From the NCBI GenBank assembly GCA_963795085.1, contig CAWCFX010000002.1, positions 128,001 through 192,000 of the forward strand: a stretch of DNA of 64,000 bases, read 5' to 3'. Position 1 is the stretch's first letter. Each line of letters begins with the position of its first letter. Source of the DNA: an uncultured Gemmatimonadales bacterium (GTDB lineage Bacteria; Gemmatimonadota; Gemmatimonadetes; Gemmatimonadales; GWC2-71-9). Shown piece after piece: positions 38,007 through 49,191 of the stretch. The notes beneath the pieces are model-generated. The model was not told the DNA's origin. It did no database searches and saw only the letters and a program-made list of their open reading frames with translations. A program made the translations under genes and the position numbers.

Positions 38007-38471
38007 ATGACCCGTCCCCCGTCCGCGCCTACTGTCCGTCCCGCGAAGCCCGCCGACGCTGCCGGCTGGCTTCTGATGCGGCGCGACCTCTGGCCCGAAG
38101 AGCCCGGCGACGACCATACCACCGAAATCGACGAATGGTTCGCCGGCCGGCGAAGAGAGCCGCTGGCGGTGCTCGTGGCCGAAGACGAGGCGGGGTTGAC
38201 GGGGTTCGCCGAGCTGTCGATCCGGCGCTATGCCGAAGGCTGTGACACCGATCATGTGGCGTTCCTGGAGGGCTGGTATGTCGCCGCGCGGGCCCGGCGG
38301 AACGGTGTCGGCCGCGCGCTGGTCAAGGCCGCCGAGGTCTGGGGCCGGGCCCAGGGGTGTCGGGAGTTTGCCTCCGACGCCTATCTGGAGAATGAGATCA
38401 GCGCAGCGGCTCACCTGGCGGTGGGCTTCACCGAAGTGGGACGGATCCGCTGTTTCCGGAAGCCCCTCTAG
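38007..38471 (+). CDS. GNAT acetyltransferase, AAC(6')-I-like
   Basis: GFAELSIRRYAEGC, FLEGWYV..RRNGVGRALV, EFASDA and GFTEVGRIRCFRK. Confidence 0.85.
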   Translation: MTRPPSAPTVRPAKPADAAGWLLMRRDLWPEEPGDDHTTEIDEWFAGRRREPLAVLVAEDEAGLTGFAELSIRRYAEGCDTDHVAFLEGWYVAARARRNGVGRALVKAAEVWGRAQGCREFASDAYLENEISAAAHLAVGFTEVGRIRCFRKPL

Positions 38472-38642
38472 ACACCAGCTGCGGCTCCTCCGCTCGATCG
38501 CCTCCAGCCGTGGAAGTATTTCCCGCCCCATCGGTGTATTTTCAGGGCTCTCCACTCCGAGGGTCCATGCGCGACGCTATCGCCACCCCGGTATTTGCGG
38601 CCCGCCCATCCCGACGCACCTCCAGCGGAATGCGGACCTGAC

Positions 38643-40004
38643 GTGGCCCGGGCAAAGTCGGTCTATCGCTGCACCGAATGTGGACACGACCACCCGAAGT
38701 GGGCCGGCCGTTGCGAGGCCTGTTCCGAGTGGAACACGGTGGCCGAAGAGCCCCTGTCCGTGGGTGGACCGCCGGATCGGCGGCCGGGCGGCGCCGTGAC
38801 CCGCCAGGCGGTGCCCGCTCCCCTGGGCGACGTGCAGGAAAGCCGCCTGGTGCGGTGGAGCACCGGGCTCCAGGAATTCGATTTCGTACTGGGCGGCGGC
38901 ATCGTCCCCGGGTCCATGACCCTGGTGGGGGGCGAGCCGGGCATCGGGAAATCCACCCTGCTGCTGCAGACGGCGGCCCGCCTGGAAACCGGCGGCCGGC
39001 GGGTGCTCTACGTCAGCGGCGAGGAGTCGCCTGAGCAGCTGCGGCTCCGCGCCGACCGCATGGTCGAAGATTCCCGCCGGGTCCACGTCCTCGGCGAGAC
39101 CCAGCTCGAGGCCATCCTCGACGCCGCGGCCCGCCTCCCGGCCGACGTCCTGATTCTCGATTCTATTCAGACCATCTATACGGCCACCCTCGAGGGCGCC
39201 CCGGGTAACGTCGGACAGGTGCGGGAATGCTCCGCCCGCCTGATGCGATTCGCCAAGGAAACCGGCATCGCGGTGATCGTCGTCGGGCATGTGACCAAGG
39301 GCGGGGGCATCGCCGGGCCCAAGACGCTGGAGCACATCGTGGACACGGTGCTCTACTTCGAGGGTGAGGCGGTGCTCGACTACCGCCTGCTCCGTGCCAC
39401 CAAGAACCGGTTCGGCTCGGTGGACGAACTGGGCGTGTTCTCGATGACAGGGCAGGGCCTGGTGCCCGTGGGAAACCCGTCCGCCCTCTTCCTCTCGGCC
39501 CGCGCCGCCAATGCCAGCGGCAGCGCCGTGACCGCCCTGATGGAAGGTTCCCGTCCCGTCCTGGTCGAGGTGCAGGCGCTCGCCGCGCACTCCGGGTTCG
39601 GCACTCCGCAGCGGGTCGCCACCGGCCTGGATCAGAAACGGCTGGCGGTACTGCTGGCCGTGCTCGAGCGGCGGGGTGGTACCGCCTTTGCCAGTCTCGA
39701 TGTGTTCGTGCAGGTGAGCGCCGGGTTTCGGCTGGCCGAGCCGGGCGCCGACCTGGCCGTGGCCGCGGCCCTCATCTCCAGCCTTCACAACAAGCCCGCC
39801 GGGTCCGATGCGCTGTTCCTGGGGGAACTGGGACTGGGCGGCGAAGTGCGTCCGATTGCCGGGCTTGAGCGTCGGCTGGCCGAAGCGGCGCGCCTGGGCT
39901 TCCGCCAGGCCTACGTCTCCCGCCGCAGCACTGCCACCGCCCGGGGAATGACCCTGATCGAACTGGATCACGTCGAACAACTGGTGCAGGCCCTTGTCGC
40001 GTGA
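38643..40004 (+). CDS. radA: DNA repair protein RadA/Sms
   Basis: CTECG..CEAC, GEPGIGKSTLL, KNRFG and Lon-like C-terminus. Confidence 0.96.
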   Translation: MARAKSVYRCTECGHDHPKWAGRCEACSEWNTVAEEPLSVGGPPDRRPGGAVTRQAVPAPLGDVQESRLVRWSTGLQEFDFVLGGGIVPGSMTLVGGEPGIGKSTLLLQTAARLETGGRRVLYVSGEESPEQLRLRADRMVEDSRRVHVLGETQLEAILDAAARLPADVLILDSIQTIYTATLEGAPGNVGQVRECSARLMRFAKETGIAVIVVGHVTKGGGIAGPKTLEHIVDTVLYFEGEAVLDYRLLRATKNRFGSVDELGVFSMTGQGLVPVGNPSALFLSARAANASGSAVTALMEGSRPVLVEVQALAAHSGFGTPQRVATGLDQKRLAVLLAVLERRGGTAFASLDVFVQVSAGFRLAEPGADLAVAAALISSLHNKPAGSDALFLGELGLGGEVRPIAGLERRLAEAARLGFRQAYVSRRSTATARGMTLIELDHVEQLVQALVA

Positions 40005-40692
40005 CGTCGGGGTGATCCTGGTGGCCGGCGGCAAAGGCCAGCGGCTGGGCGGAGCCGTCTCCAAGCAGTTCCTGCCGCTGGCCGGCCAGCCGATGCTGCT
40101 CCGTGCGATGCGGGCCTTCACCTCCCATCCGGCCGTGGTTCACCTGGCGGTGGTCCTGCCGCCCCCCGTGCTGGTGGCGCCCCCGGAATGGCTTTCGGAA
40201 CTCCCGGGTGAGAGGATCAGCCTGGTAGCGGGCGGGCGGGAACGCATGGACTCGGTGGAGAATGGGCTCCTCGCCCTTCCACCGGGGTGCGCCATTGCGC
40301 TCTCCCATGATGCCGCCCGGCCCTTCGTCTCCCGGGAGGTCATTGACGCGGTCATCGCGCTGGCGCGCAGAGGCATGGGTGGCCTGGCCGCGCTTCCGGT
40401 CGGCGATACCCTCAAGTCGGAACGGTTCACCGATGGCGCCCGGGTCGTGGACGCAACCGTATCCCGCGAGGGAATGTGGCGCGCCCAGACGCCGCAGGGC
40501 TTTCCCCGTGCACTGCTGGAACGCGCCTTCCGGGAAGCGCGGGAGGCCGGGTTCGTCGGCACCGATGAGTCGGCCCTGGTGGAGCGGACCGGAATCGCGG
40601 TGGTGTTCGTCCCCGACAGCATCCGGAATTTCAAGGTTACCACGGCCGATGACCTGGCGCTGGCCGAGGTCATCGCCAGGGAGCTGGGGTGA
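39994..40692 (+). CDS. ispD: MEP cytidylyltransferase
   Basis: AGGKGQR, KQF, HDAARP, AQTPQGF and NFKVTT. Confidence 0.93.
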   Translation: MSRDVGVILVAGGKGQRLGGAVSKQFLPLAGQPMLLRAMRAFTSHPAVVHLAVVLPPPVLVAPPEWLSELPGERISLVAGGRERMDSVENGLLALPPGCAIALSHDAARPFVSREVIDAVIALARRGMGGLAALPVGDTLKSERFTDGARVVDATVSREGMWRAQTPQGFPRALLERAFREAREAGFVGTDESALVERTGIAVVFVPDSIRNFKVTTADDLALAEVIARELG

Positions 40693-41339
40693 TCCTCCCC
40701 TTTCGGACGCCCGCCGAGATTGGCCGGGCCATCGAACCGGTGCGACAGCACCTGGACCAGGCCGGCTTGCTGGGATATCCGACCGAGACCGTGTATGGCC
40801 TGGGGTCGGCGCCCACCCCCGCGGGAGCCACCGCGCTTGCCTCGCTGAAGGGGAGAGCGCCGGGGAAGCCTTTTCTCCTCCTCGTGTCCAGCCGGGAAAT
40901 GGCCGAGCGGTGGGGCCTGGTGTTTCCCCCCGCCGCCTCGGTGCTGGCCCAGGCCTTCTGGCCCGGCCCGCTGACCCTCGTCCTCCCCGGCGCCGAAGGC
41001 AAGCTGCCGGATATTCTGCGTGGCAAGGAGGGTGGGATCGCGGTCCGCCATACCGGGCACGCCGGCATCGCCCGGCTGGTGGCGGCCCTCGACTACCCGA
41101 TTACCTCCACCTCCGCCAACAAACCGGGGACACCGCCCGCGCCCGGCGCCGACGGCCTGGCCGAGGTATTCCAGGAAGAGATCGCCGAAGGCCGGCTGCT
41201 CGTGCTCGACGGCGGCGTGCTGGGAAACGTGCCGCCCTCTACATTGGTGGACTGTACCGGCCCGCTGCCGACCCTGATCCGGGACGGGGCCATCCCGCGG
41301 GAAGAGTTGCGCCGGGCCGCGGGGCGCCTAGCGCCGTAA
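40689..41339 (+). CDS. tsaC: Threonylcarbamoyl-AMP synthase (YrdC/Sua5)
   Basis: YPTETVYGL, KGR, FWPGPLT, TSAN and PSTLVD. Confidence 0.92.
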   Translation: MILPFRTPAEIGRAIEPVRQHLDQAGLLGYPTETVYGLGSAPTPAGATALASLKGRAPGKPFLLLVSSREMAERWGLVFPPAASVLAQAFWPGPLTLVLPGAEGKLPDILRGKEGGIAVRHTGHAGIARLVAALDYPITSTSANKPGTPPAPGADGLAEVFQEEIAEGRLLVLDGGVLGNVPPSTLVDCTGPLPTLIRDGAIPREELRRAAGRLAP

Positions 41340-41386
41340 CCCCGACGTCCCGGTATCCGTCACCTGTCACTCGTCACTCGTCCTCG

Positions 41387-41857
41387 ATGAATATTCTCTT
41401 CGTCTGTACTGGGAATACTTGCCGGAGCCCGCTCGCGGAGGCCTTGATGCGCCGGGTCCTGGAGGAGCGCGGGGTTGCCGGGATCCGGGTCGGCTCCGCC
41501 GGGACCGGGGCTGCCCCCGGGTCCCCGGCGTCCGAAGGATCCTATCTCGTGGGACTGGAACACGGGCTCGACCTGTCCGCGCACCGCGCCCGGGTGCTCA
41601 CGCCGGACCTGGTGGACGTGTCCGATCTCGTCCTGACCATGAGCGCGCATCACCGGGACCAGGTGGCCGAACTGGGGGGTGCATCCAGGGTATTTCTGCT
41701 CGGTGCCTACGCCGGGCAGACCGGCGAGGATGCCGCGGTGAGCGATCCCTACGGAGCGTCCCTCGACGAGTATCGCCTGACCTACCAGACGCTGGACCGG
41801 CTGATCCGCGCGGCGGTGGACCGGCTCCAGGCGGAACGGCCCGATGATCAACGGTAA
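41387..41857 (+). CDS. Low-molecular-weight protein Tyr/Arg phosphatase
   Basis: VCTGNTCRSPLAE and SDPYG. Confidence 0.92.
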   Translation: MNILFVCTGNTCRSPLAEALMRRVLEERGVAGIRVGSAGTGAAPGSPASEGSYLVGLEHGLDLSAHRARVLTPDLVDVSDLVLTMSAHHRDQVAELGGASRVFLLGAYAGQTGEDAAVSDPYGASLDEYRLTYQTLDRLIRAAVDRLQAERPDDQR

Positions 41858-42653
41858 AACCCGGCTCTTCGTCCTCCTTGGCTCCCCGGTCGAACATTCG
41901 GTATCTCCCGCCATGCACACGGCGGCCTTTCGCGCCCTGGGGCTCAACGCGGCGTACCTGCCGTTCCGTTGCGACGCGGCCGATGTACCCCATCTCATTG
42001 GCGCGATCACCCGCGCCGGCGGGGGCGGCAATCTCACCGTGCCCCACAAGACGGTGGCCGTCTCCGCCCTGGACCGGGCGGAGCCCGGGGCTCTCCGCAC
42101 CGGCGCCTGCAATACGTTCTGGGGACATGAAGGCGCATCTCACGGCGACAACACGGATGTCGATGGCATCCTGGCGGCGCTGGACCGGCTGGATGCGCCC
42201 GCGAGCGGCTGGCTGGTGCTGGGTACCGGCGGATCAGCGCGGGCGGTCCTGGAAGCCGCGCGGCAACGGGGGGCCGCTGTGGCGGTCGAGTCGCGCTCGC
42301 CCGAGCGGCAATCCGAATTCGAAGCGAGGGCGGCCAGCCTCGGCGTGCCCCGCGCCGAGGCCGAGCGTTGCGAGGTGATCATCAATGCCACGCCGCTGGG
42401 TCTCAGCCTCGAGGATCCGTTGCCGCTGGTCCCGGCACGCGTGCCCGGGGCGGTGGTGGCGCTGGACCTGGTGTACGCCGCGACCGGAACCCGCTGGTCT
42501 CAAACGATGGCGGCCCGGGGGGTTCGCGCCGCCGATGGGCGGGAGGTGCTGGTGGCCCAGGGCGCAGCCTCGTTCCGGCGCTGGTTCCCCGGCGAGGATC
42601 CGCCGGTTGAAGTAATGCGCGCGGTTGTCGAGGCCCGGCTGCAACCGGATTAA
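41844..42653 (+). CDS. aroE: Shikimate dehydrogenase
   Basis: HSVSPAMH, NLTVPHK, GACNT, NTDVDG and GTGGSARA. Confidence 0.92.
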   Translation: MINGKTRLFVLLGSPVEHSVSPAMHTAAFRALGLNAAYLPFRCDAADVPHLIGAITRAGGGGNLTVPHKTVAVSALDRAEPGALRTGACNTFWGHEGASHGDNTDVDGILAALDRLDAPASGWLVLGTGGSARAVLEAARQRGAAVAVESRSPERQSEFEARAASLGVPRAEAERCEVIINATPLGLSLEDPLPLVPARVPGAVVALDLVYAATGTRWSQTMAARGVRAADGREVLVAQGAASFRRWFPGEDPPVEVMRAVVEARLQPD

Positions 42654-42725
42654 GCCGCGTTTTTCCGCCGTGCTGTTGCAGGTTTTAGGTACCGGGGCTG
42701 GGCTGCATCGCTGGTAGGGTTGGGC

Positions 42726-43427
42726 ATGTCCTGGGCCGGGTTGCTGGAGGAGTGGCTGTTGCCGCGTGAATGCCTGCTGTGCCGGGCCACGCCGGCCGAT
42801 GGCATCGTCTGCAGGCTCTGCCGGCATCGCTGGGTGCGGCTGCCCGAGCCGTTGTGCGACCGCTGCGGCCAGCCCCGGGTGCTGACCGACCTGGCCTGCC
42901 GGTTGTGCGCCGAGTGGCCGCCCGACCTGGCCGGCGCCCGGAGCGCGGTCTGGCACGAGGGTGGTGCCCGGTCGGCGGTCCACCAGTTGAAGTACGAGGG
43001 CTGGTGGAGCGTGGCCACCGCGATGGCCGCGGCGATGACCCGGCTGGAGCCATTGACCGGGAGACTAGTTTTGGTGCCAGTCCCGCTGGCCGCCCGGCGA
43101 CGGCGCGAACGGGGGTACAACCAGAGCGAACACCTGGCCCGCGCCCTGGGTCACAGGGTGGGCCAACCGGTTCGCGCCGAGGCGCTCTCCCGGACCCGGG
43201 AAACTCCCAGCCAGACCGCACTCGCGCCGGATGCCCGGATGGCCAACGTGGCGGGGGCGTTTCGAGCCAGCAGTCTCCCGGGCGTCCGGGTGGTCCTGGT
43301 CGACGACGTGTTCACCACCGGCGCGACCCTGCTGGCCGCCGCCCATGCCGTGCGGCAGGCTGGGGCCAGCCGGGTCGAAGCGGTTACTTTTGCGAGGGCC
43401 AGACCAGCCATCGGCCACCAGCCATAG
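42726..43427 (+). CDS. comF: ComF-family phosphoribosyltransferase
   Basis: Double Zn ribbon, RGYNQSE and LVDDVFTTGAT. Confidence 0.88.
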   Translation: MSWAGLLEEWLLPRECLLCRATPADGIVCRLCRHRWVRLPEPLCDRCGQPRVLTDLACRLCAEWPPDLAGARSAVWHEGGARSAVHQLKYEGWWSVATAMAAAMTRLEPLTGRLVLVPVPLAARRRRERGYNQSEHLARALGHRVGQPVRAEALSRTRETPSQTALAPDARMANVAGAFRASSLPGVRVVLVDDVFTTGATLLAAAHAVRQAGASRVEAVTFARARPAIGHQP

Positions 43428-43460
43428 AGATTCGGCTGGCGGTCATATCGTCATCATTGA

Positions 43461-44495
<1,035 letters not shown>

Positions 44496-44577
44496 GATAC
44501 CTGGCATCGGCGATTGGTCATTGGAGAATGGCTGGTACATTCATCCAATGGCTGCTGACTCATCACCAGTCGAGATC

Positions 44578-45768
44578 ATGAAACGCTCCCTCAAGTCTCT
44601 GCAGCCCGGATCCCTCGACGGGCAGCGCGCGCTGGTCCGGGTGGATTTCAACGTGCCGGTCAAGGACGGCGCCGTCACCGATGCCACCCGGATCAAGGCC
44701 TCGCTTCCCACCATCGAGTACCTGCGGGGCCATGGGGCCCGGGTGATCCTGCTGAGCCACCTGGGGCGGCCCAAGAGCGGGCCCGATCCGAAGTATTCGC
44801 TGGCGCCGGTGGTGCGGGAGCTGGAAAAGCTGCTGGGTGCGCCGGTCAAGTTCATCGCCGACCCGGCGGCCGCCGAGTCCGTCACCGCGACGAAGCGATT
44901 GCCCCGGGGCGGCGTTGCGGTGGTCGAGAACACCCGGTTCTGGCCCGGCGAGGAGAAGAACGACGCCGAAGTCGCGGCGATGTTCGCCGCGCTGGGCGAC
45001 ATCTATGTGAACGATGCCTTCGGGTCCGCCCACCGGGCCCACGCCAGCACCGAGGCGGTGGCCCGGCTCATCAAGCCGGCAGTGAGCGGGTTCCTGATGG
45101 ACAAGGAGCTGGAGTACCTGGGTGGCGCGCTGGAAAATCCCCGGCGGCCGTTCATTGCCGTGCTGGGCGGCGCCAAGATCTCCGGGAAGATCGACCTGGT
45201 CGAAGCCCTGCTGCCCAAGGTCGATGCCATTCTGATTGGCGGCGCCATGGCCAACACGTTTCTCAAGGCCATGGGCCTGGAGACCGGGACGTCGCTGGTG
45301 GAAGACGACCGGGTGGAAATGGCCCGCCAGCTGATGGACCGGGCCGGGAAGAAACTGGTCCTGCCGACCGGTGGGGTGGTCGCGGAGGAACTGAAGACCG
45401 GGGCCGGGACGCTGACCGTCCAGCGGGACCAGATTCCCGCCGGCTACGCCATGTACGATATCGACCCGGCCACCGAGAAGGAGTTTGGCCGGCGGATCGC
45501 CGAAGCGAAGACGGTGATCTGGAACGGCCCGATGGGCGTCTTCGAGACTCCCCCGTTCGACCACGGCACCCGGGCGATCGCCAGGGCGATGGCCCTGGCG
45601 TCGGAAGCGGGGGCGGTCACCATCGTGGGTGGCGGCGATTCGGCGGCGGCCGTGGCGGAGGCCGGCCTGGCGGAAAAGATGAGTCACGTGTCCACCGGTG
45701 GGGGCGCCTCGCTCGAGTTCCTGGAAGGGAAAGACCTGCCCGGCGTCGCGGCGCTGGACCAGGCCTGA
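44578..45768 (+). CDS. pgk: Phosphoglycerate kinase
   Basis: [26 protein letters not shown] and [13 protein letters not shown]. Confidence 0.98.
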   Translation: MKRSLKSLQPGSLDGQRALVRVDFNVPVKDGAVTDATRIKASLPTIEYLRGHGARVILLSHLGRPKSGPDPKYSLAPVVRELEKLLGAPVKFIADPAAAESVTATKRLPRGGVAVVENTRFWPGEEKNDAEVAAMFAALGDIYVNDAFGSAHRAHASTEAVARLIKPAVSGFLMDKELEYLGGALENPRRPFIAVLGGAKISGKIDLVEALLPKVDAILIGGAMANTFLKAMGLETGTSLVEDDRVEMARQLMDRAGKKLVLPTGGVVAEELKTGAGTLTVQRDQIPAGYAMYDIDPATEKEFGRRIAEAKTVIWNGPMGVFETPPFDHGTRAIARAMALASEAGAVTIVGGGDSAAAVAEAGLAEKMSHVSTGGGASLEFLEGKDLPGVAALDQA

Positions 45769-45831
45769 TGCTGCCTGACCGGCGGGCTGACCCGCAGGTT
45801 CAATGACCGGGGTGACGCCTCGGACCCCGCG

Positions 45832-46404
45832 TCAGGCGGGAGCGATCGGCCGTACGACAATACCCCCGCCATAGCGCAGGTGCGGACAGCGGCGGGCGAT
45901 GTCGAGCGCCCGCTCCAGGCTTTCCGCGGCAATGACGAACAGGCCGGTCACCCGGTCGGCCGCCCCCGGTCCCACCTCCCCCAACGGATAGCTGGCCTGG
46001 TCCAGTTCTTCTCCCACGACCAGGCTGCCGGTTCCCGCGAGCTCTCCCGCCCACGCCGCGTACTCGGCGACCAGGGAGTCGTGCCCGACCGTGGCGGTCC
46101 CGGAAAACGTAGAATCCTCCAGCAACAGCAAGGCATAGCGCGGCAACGGCGGTTCACCAGTCCCGGTATCCGGCCGTGCTCCCCAAAACGCGCCGGCCAG
46201 GAACAGGACGACGGTCGCGGCAATCAGCCGGAGGGTTCTGAGCAGGCTTCCGCTTGGGCCGCCGGACCGAAGCAGCCGGGCAGCCCGCAGCGCCGTGACG
46301 GTGCGGTCCTGCGTTCTCTTTTCCACGGGGTCTTCCCGGGTCAGCGGGTCGAATCGTTCCCGCCAGGCGGCGTCGTGCCGCTGGTCTCGGTCAGGTCCGG
46401 ACAT
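45832..46404 (-). CDS. Membrane-anchored YCII-like protein (putative anti-sigma partner)
   Basis: Single TM, then RYALLL...VTGLFVIAAESLERALDIARRCPHL..GGGIVVRP (YCII-like). Overlaps the sigma gene stop. Confidence 0.7.
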   Translation of the reverse strand: MSGPDRDQRHDAAWRERFDPLTREDPVEKRTQDRTVTALRAARLLRSGGPSGSLLRTLRLIAATVVLFLAGAFWGARPDTGTGEPPLPRYALLLLEDSTFSGTATVGHDSLVAEYAAWAGELAGTGSLVVGEELDQASYPLGEVGPGAADRVTGLFVIAAESLERALDIARRCPHLRYGGGIVVRPIAPA

Positions 46405-46939
46405 AGGGCGGGCTCTTTCGTTGATGACTCAGGAACCGGACCACCGCCCGGCGGGCGCGGCAGAGCTGGCTCTTTGAGGTGCCGATGGTGATCGAGAGGA
46501 ACCCGGCGATCTCCTCGTGGGTGTATCCCTCCACGTCGTGCAGCAGCAGGACTGTCCGGCCGCCAGGTGGCAGGCTTGCCAGGGCCCGTTCGAGGTCGAG
46601 CCGATCGCCGATTTCCGGTGGCGGAGGCCATTCTTCCTCGGCGACGTTCAACTCGATGAACGCGGCACGCTCCCGCTCTCGGTACTCCTCCCGGACCAGA
46701 TTTACGAGGATCCCGCTCAGCCAGGTAATCAGTGACGACCGCCACTCGAATTCCGCGAACCGGGCCACCGCCCGCACCCAGGCGTCCTGCACGAGTTCGT
46801 CGGGATCGGAGCGGCCCTGCCCCAGGTTCCGCGCCATGCGGACGAGCCGTGGCGTGTGCCGCTCGTGCAGGTGACGAAACGCTGATTCGTCCCCTCGCTC
46901 CACCACCCTGGCGACCAGTTCACGATCGGTGAGGTCCAT
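46391..46939 (-). CDS. ECF RNA polymerase sigma factor
   Basis: DELVQDAW, TWLSGI and LHDVEGYTHEEIA..GTSKSQL. Confidence 0.92.
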   Translation of the reverse strand: MDLTDRELVARVVERGDESAFRHLHERHTPRLVRMARNLGQGRSDPDELVQDAWVRAVARFAEFEWRSSLITWLSGILVNLVREEYRERERAAFIELNVAEEEWPPPPEIGDRLDLERALASLPPGGRTVLLLHDVEGYTHEEIAGFLSITIGTSKSQLCRARRAVVRFLSHQRKSPPYVRT

Positions 46940-46942
46940 GGT

Positions 46943-47608
46943 TCAGGGGCCGCACCCGGCCGGCGCCCGGGGAGTGACGAAGTCCTGGACCGGGATCATG
47001 ATGTTGGCTTCCGGGGTGCCGGGATTCACTACGACTCCCGCTTTCAGGTCGGGTCCCTCCGCCATGCCGATCCCTTCGTTTGTGAGGTAGGGGAAATAGA
47101 TCATGAGGTGCGCCCGCCATTTTCCAACGGGCCGGCCCTCGTCGCTGATCAACCGCTGCGCGCAGGACATCATGTAGGAGAGTGCCGGCCTGGCAGGCAG
47201 GCGGTAACGGCCGGTAATGATCCCCTCGGCGATCTCCCGCTCGACCTTGTCCATGGTGTCACCGGCGGCCAGCATCTCCACTCTCCGCATCTCCATGGGG
47301 AGAATCGTCACCGCTCCCTCCGCGTCAAAGCATTGCGGTTCCAGGCTCTCGGGCCAGCTGCGGCTGACGTAGCAGGCAGCCCCCGTCCGTCCCGAATCGG
47401 CGACGACGTAGCCCCGGGCCGTCAGCACAAACACCCTCGCACTGGCGGTGACCGTCGCCGGACCCGCGCTCCGCGCGAGAGCGATTTCCTGGTCCCGGGG
47501 AAGCAAGGCGCGCGGGCCGCTCTTGCCGGCGCCCCGGGCCTGGGCGGTCAGGACGCCCGGGAGAAAGAGAAATACGAGTGTAAGGACGACGGACGGCCAG
47601 CGCGCCAT
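46943..47608 (-). CDS. Hypothetical secreted protein
   Basis: GGAGG SD and signal peptide; EIALARSAGP, PQCFD, SYMMS and HLMIYFP. Confidence 0.75.
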   Translation of the reverse strand: MARWPSVVLTLVFLFLPGVLTAQARGAGKSGPRALLPRDQEIALARSAGPATVTASARVFVLTARGYVVADSGRTGAACYVSRSWPESLEPQCFDAEGAVTILPMEMRRVEMLAAGDTMDKVEREIAEGIITGRYRLPARPALSYMMSCAQRLISDEGRPVGKWRAHLMIYFPYLTNEGIGMAEGPDLKAGVVVNPGTPEANIMIPVQDFVTPRAPAGCGP

Positions 47609-47710
47609 GGCGTACCTCCTGGATCAAACGGGAAAGACTGTTGGTACCCTACAGTGACCTGGGCAGTGCCCAGGGTTGCATGCCGCCGGGGAGTGCGGTT
47701 TCTTCCTGTC

Positions 47711-48457
47711 ATGCGCAGCCTCCTCTTTGCCGCCAACTGGAAGATGAACATCGGCCCCGACGACGCCCGGGACTACGCCCGCCGGTTTACCGCGCTGGTC
47801 GAGCCCCGGGACGGGCGGGACCTGTGGTTTTACCCGCCGACGGTATCCCTGGAGGCCACCGCCCTGGCGATGCAGGGGCGGCCGGACACCCGGGTCGGAG
47901 CCCAGAACATCTACTGGGAGCCCAAGGGCGCCTTCACCGGCTCGACATCGGTGGCGCTGGCGCAGGCGGCCGGCGCCACCACCGTGCTGGTCGGTCATTC
48001 CGAGCGCCGCCACGTGTTCGGCGAAACCGAGGGCGACACCGCCAAGAAGGTCCATGCCGCGCTCGCCGGCGAACTCACGCCGGTGCTGTGTGTCGGGGAA
48101 AAGCTGGACGAGCGGGAGCGCGGCGAGACCCTCACGGTGGTCCTTCGGCAGCTCGGCTCCGCCTGTGCCACCCTGCCGGAGGAACAGCTCCGGCAGGTGG
48201 TTATCGCCTATGAGCCGGTATGGGCCATCGGTACCGGCAAGAACGCGACCCCGGCAGACGCCGCCGAAGTGCACCGGGCCATCCGGAGCGAACTGGCCAG
48301 TCGGGGCCACCCCGCGCCGCGGATTCTCTACGGCGGAAGCGTGAACGAGAAGAACATCGGCGGGTTGTTGGGCGAATCCGAGATTGACGGCGTGCTGGTA
48401 GGCGGCGCCAGCCTGGACCCGGAGGGCTGGGCCCGAATCGTGGAGGCCGGCCGCTAG
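47711..48457 (+). CDS. tpiA: Triosephosphate isomerase
   Basis: ANWKMN, GHSERR, AYEPVWAIGTG, YGGSV and LVGGASL. Confidence 0.97.
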   Translation: MRSLLFAANWKMNIGPDDARDYARRFTALVEPRDGRDLWFYPPTVSLEATALAMQGRPDTRVGAQNIYWEPKGAFTGSTSVALAQAAGATTVLVGHSERRHVFGETEGDTAKKVHAALAGELTPVLCVGEKLDERERGETLTVVLRQLGSACATLPEEQLRQVVIAYEPVWAIGTGKNATPADAAEVHRAIRSELASRGHPAPRILYGGSVNEKNIGGLLGESEIDGVLVGGASLDPEGWARIVEAGR

Positions 48458-48773
48458 CGCCGGCACGACATCCGCCTCCGCTACCTCCAGTGGCTGAGTT
48501 CGATATCACCAGTTCGAACTGCAGGCCCGCCAGGTTCTGATCGATGTCGCGGTGGTGAATGCTGACCGCGAATACCGGGAACCTCGGGCTGCAGGCCAGG
48601 CGGCCATCAACTTCGTCGTTATGATTGCCGGACTGGCGGGAGGCTCCTGACCATGGACACAGGTGGGTCGAGTGCCATTGCGCCGCGGTCCTGCCCAAAC
48701 TCGATAGTTGACCTAACCCCGCCTACCTGCTACACTTCCGCCCGTCGAACTCGACCCAATTCTCAGGGCACGC

Positions 48774-49157
48774 ATGTACACGTTCCTCCTCATTCTGCTC
48801 ATCATTGACGCCATCTTGCTGGGCGTCGTCGTTCTGCTGCAGGCCGGGCAGGGCGGCGGTCTCGCCTCGCTCGGCGGCGGCACCACCGATATGGTCATGG
48901 GCGGCCGCCAGGCGGTCACCTTCCTGACTACGGCAACCTGGTGGACGGGCGGCATCTTTCTCTTTCTCTCGCTGATCCTGTCGGTGGTCCAAGCCAACCG
49001 GAGCGGGGGAAATTCCGAGGTACAGCAGCGCCTCCGGCAGGGCACCGCGCCCGTGGAGACCTCCCCGCTGCCGCTGGACGGTCCGGCGTCGCCTCTGACC
49101 AACAGCCCGCTGGAGCAGCAGCCCGCGCCGGCGACGGCGGTTCCCGACTCGAATTGA
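48774..49157 (+). CDS. secG: Preprotein translocase subunit SecG
   Basis: Two TMs flanking LLQAGQGGGLASLGG; follows tpiA. Confidence 0.92.
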   Translation: MYTFLLILLIIDAILLGVVVLLQAGQGGGLASLGGGTTDMVMGGRQAVTFLTTATWWTGGIFLFLSLILSVVQANRSGGNSEVQQRLRQGTAPVETSPLPLDGPASPLTNSPLEQQPAPATAVPDSN

Positions 49158-49191
49158 ACCGCGCACCCGACCTGACCCGCGGGGAGGCCGG

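Noticed and set aside
48460..48700. Possible gene remnant between tpiA and secG (minus-strand ORF 48201-48698)
   Set aside because: It has a short protein-like stretch but no credible start, overlaps tpiA, and matches no family I recognise; it cannot be supported without a search.
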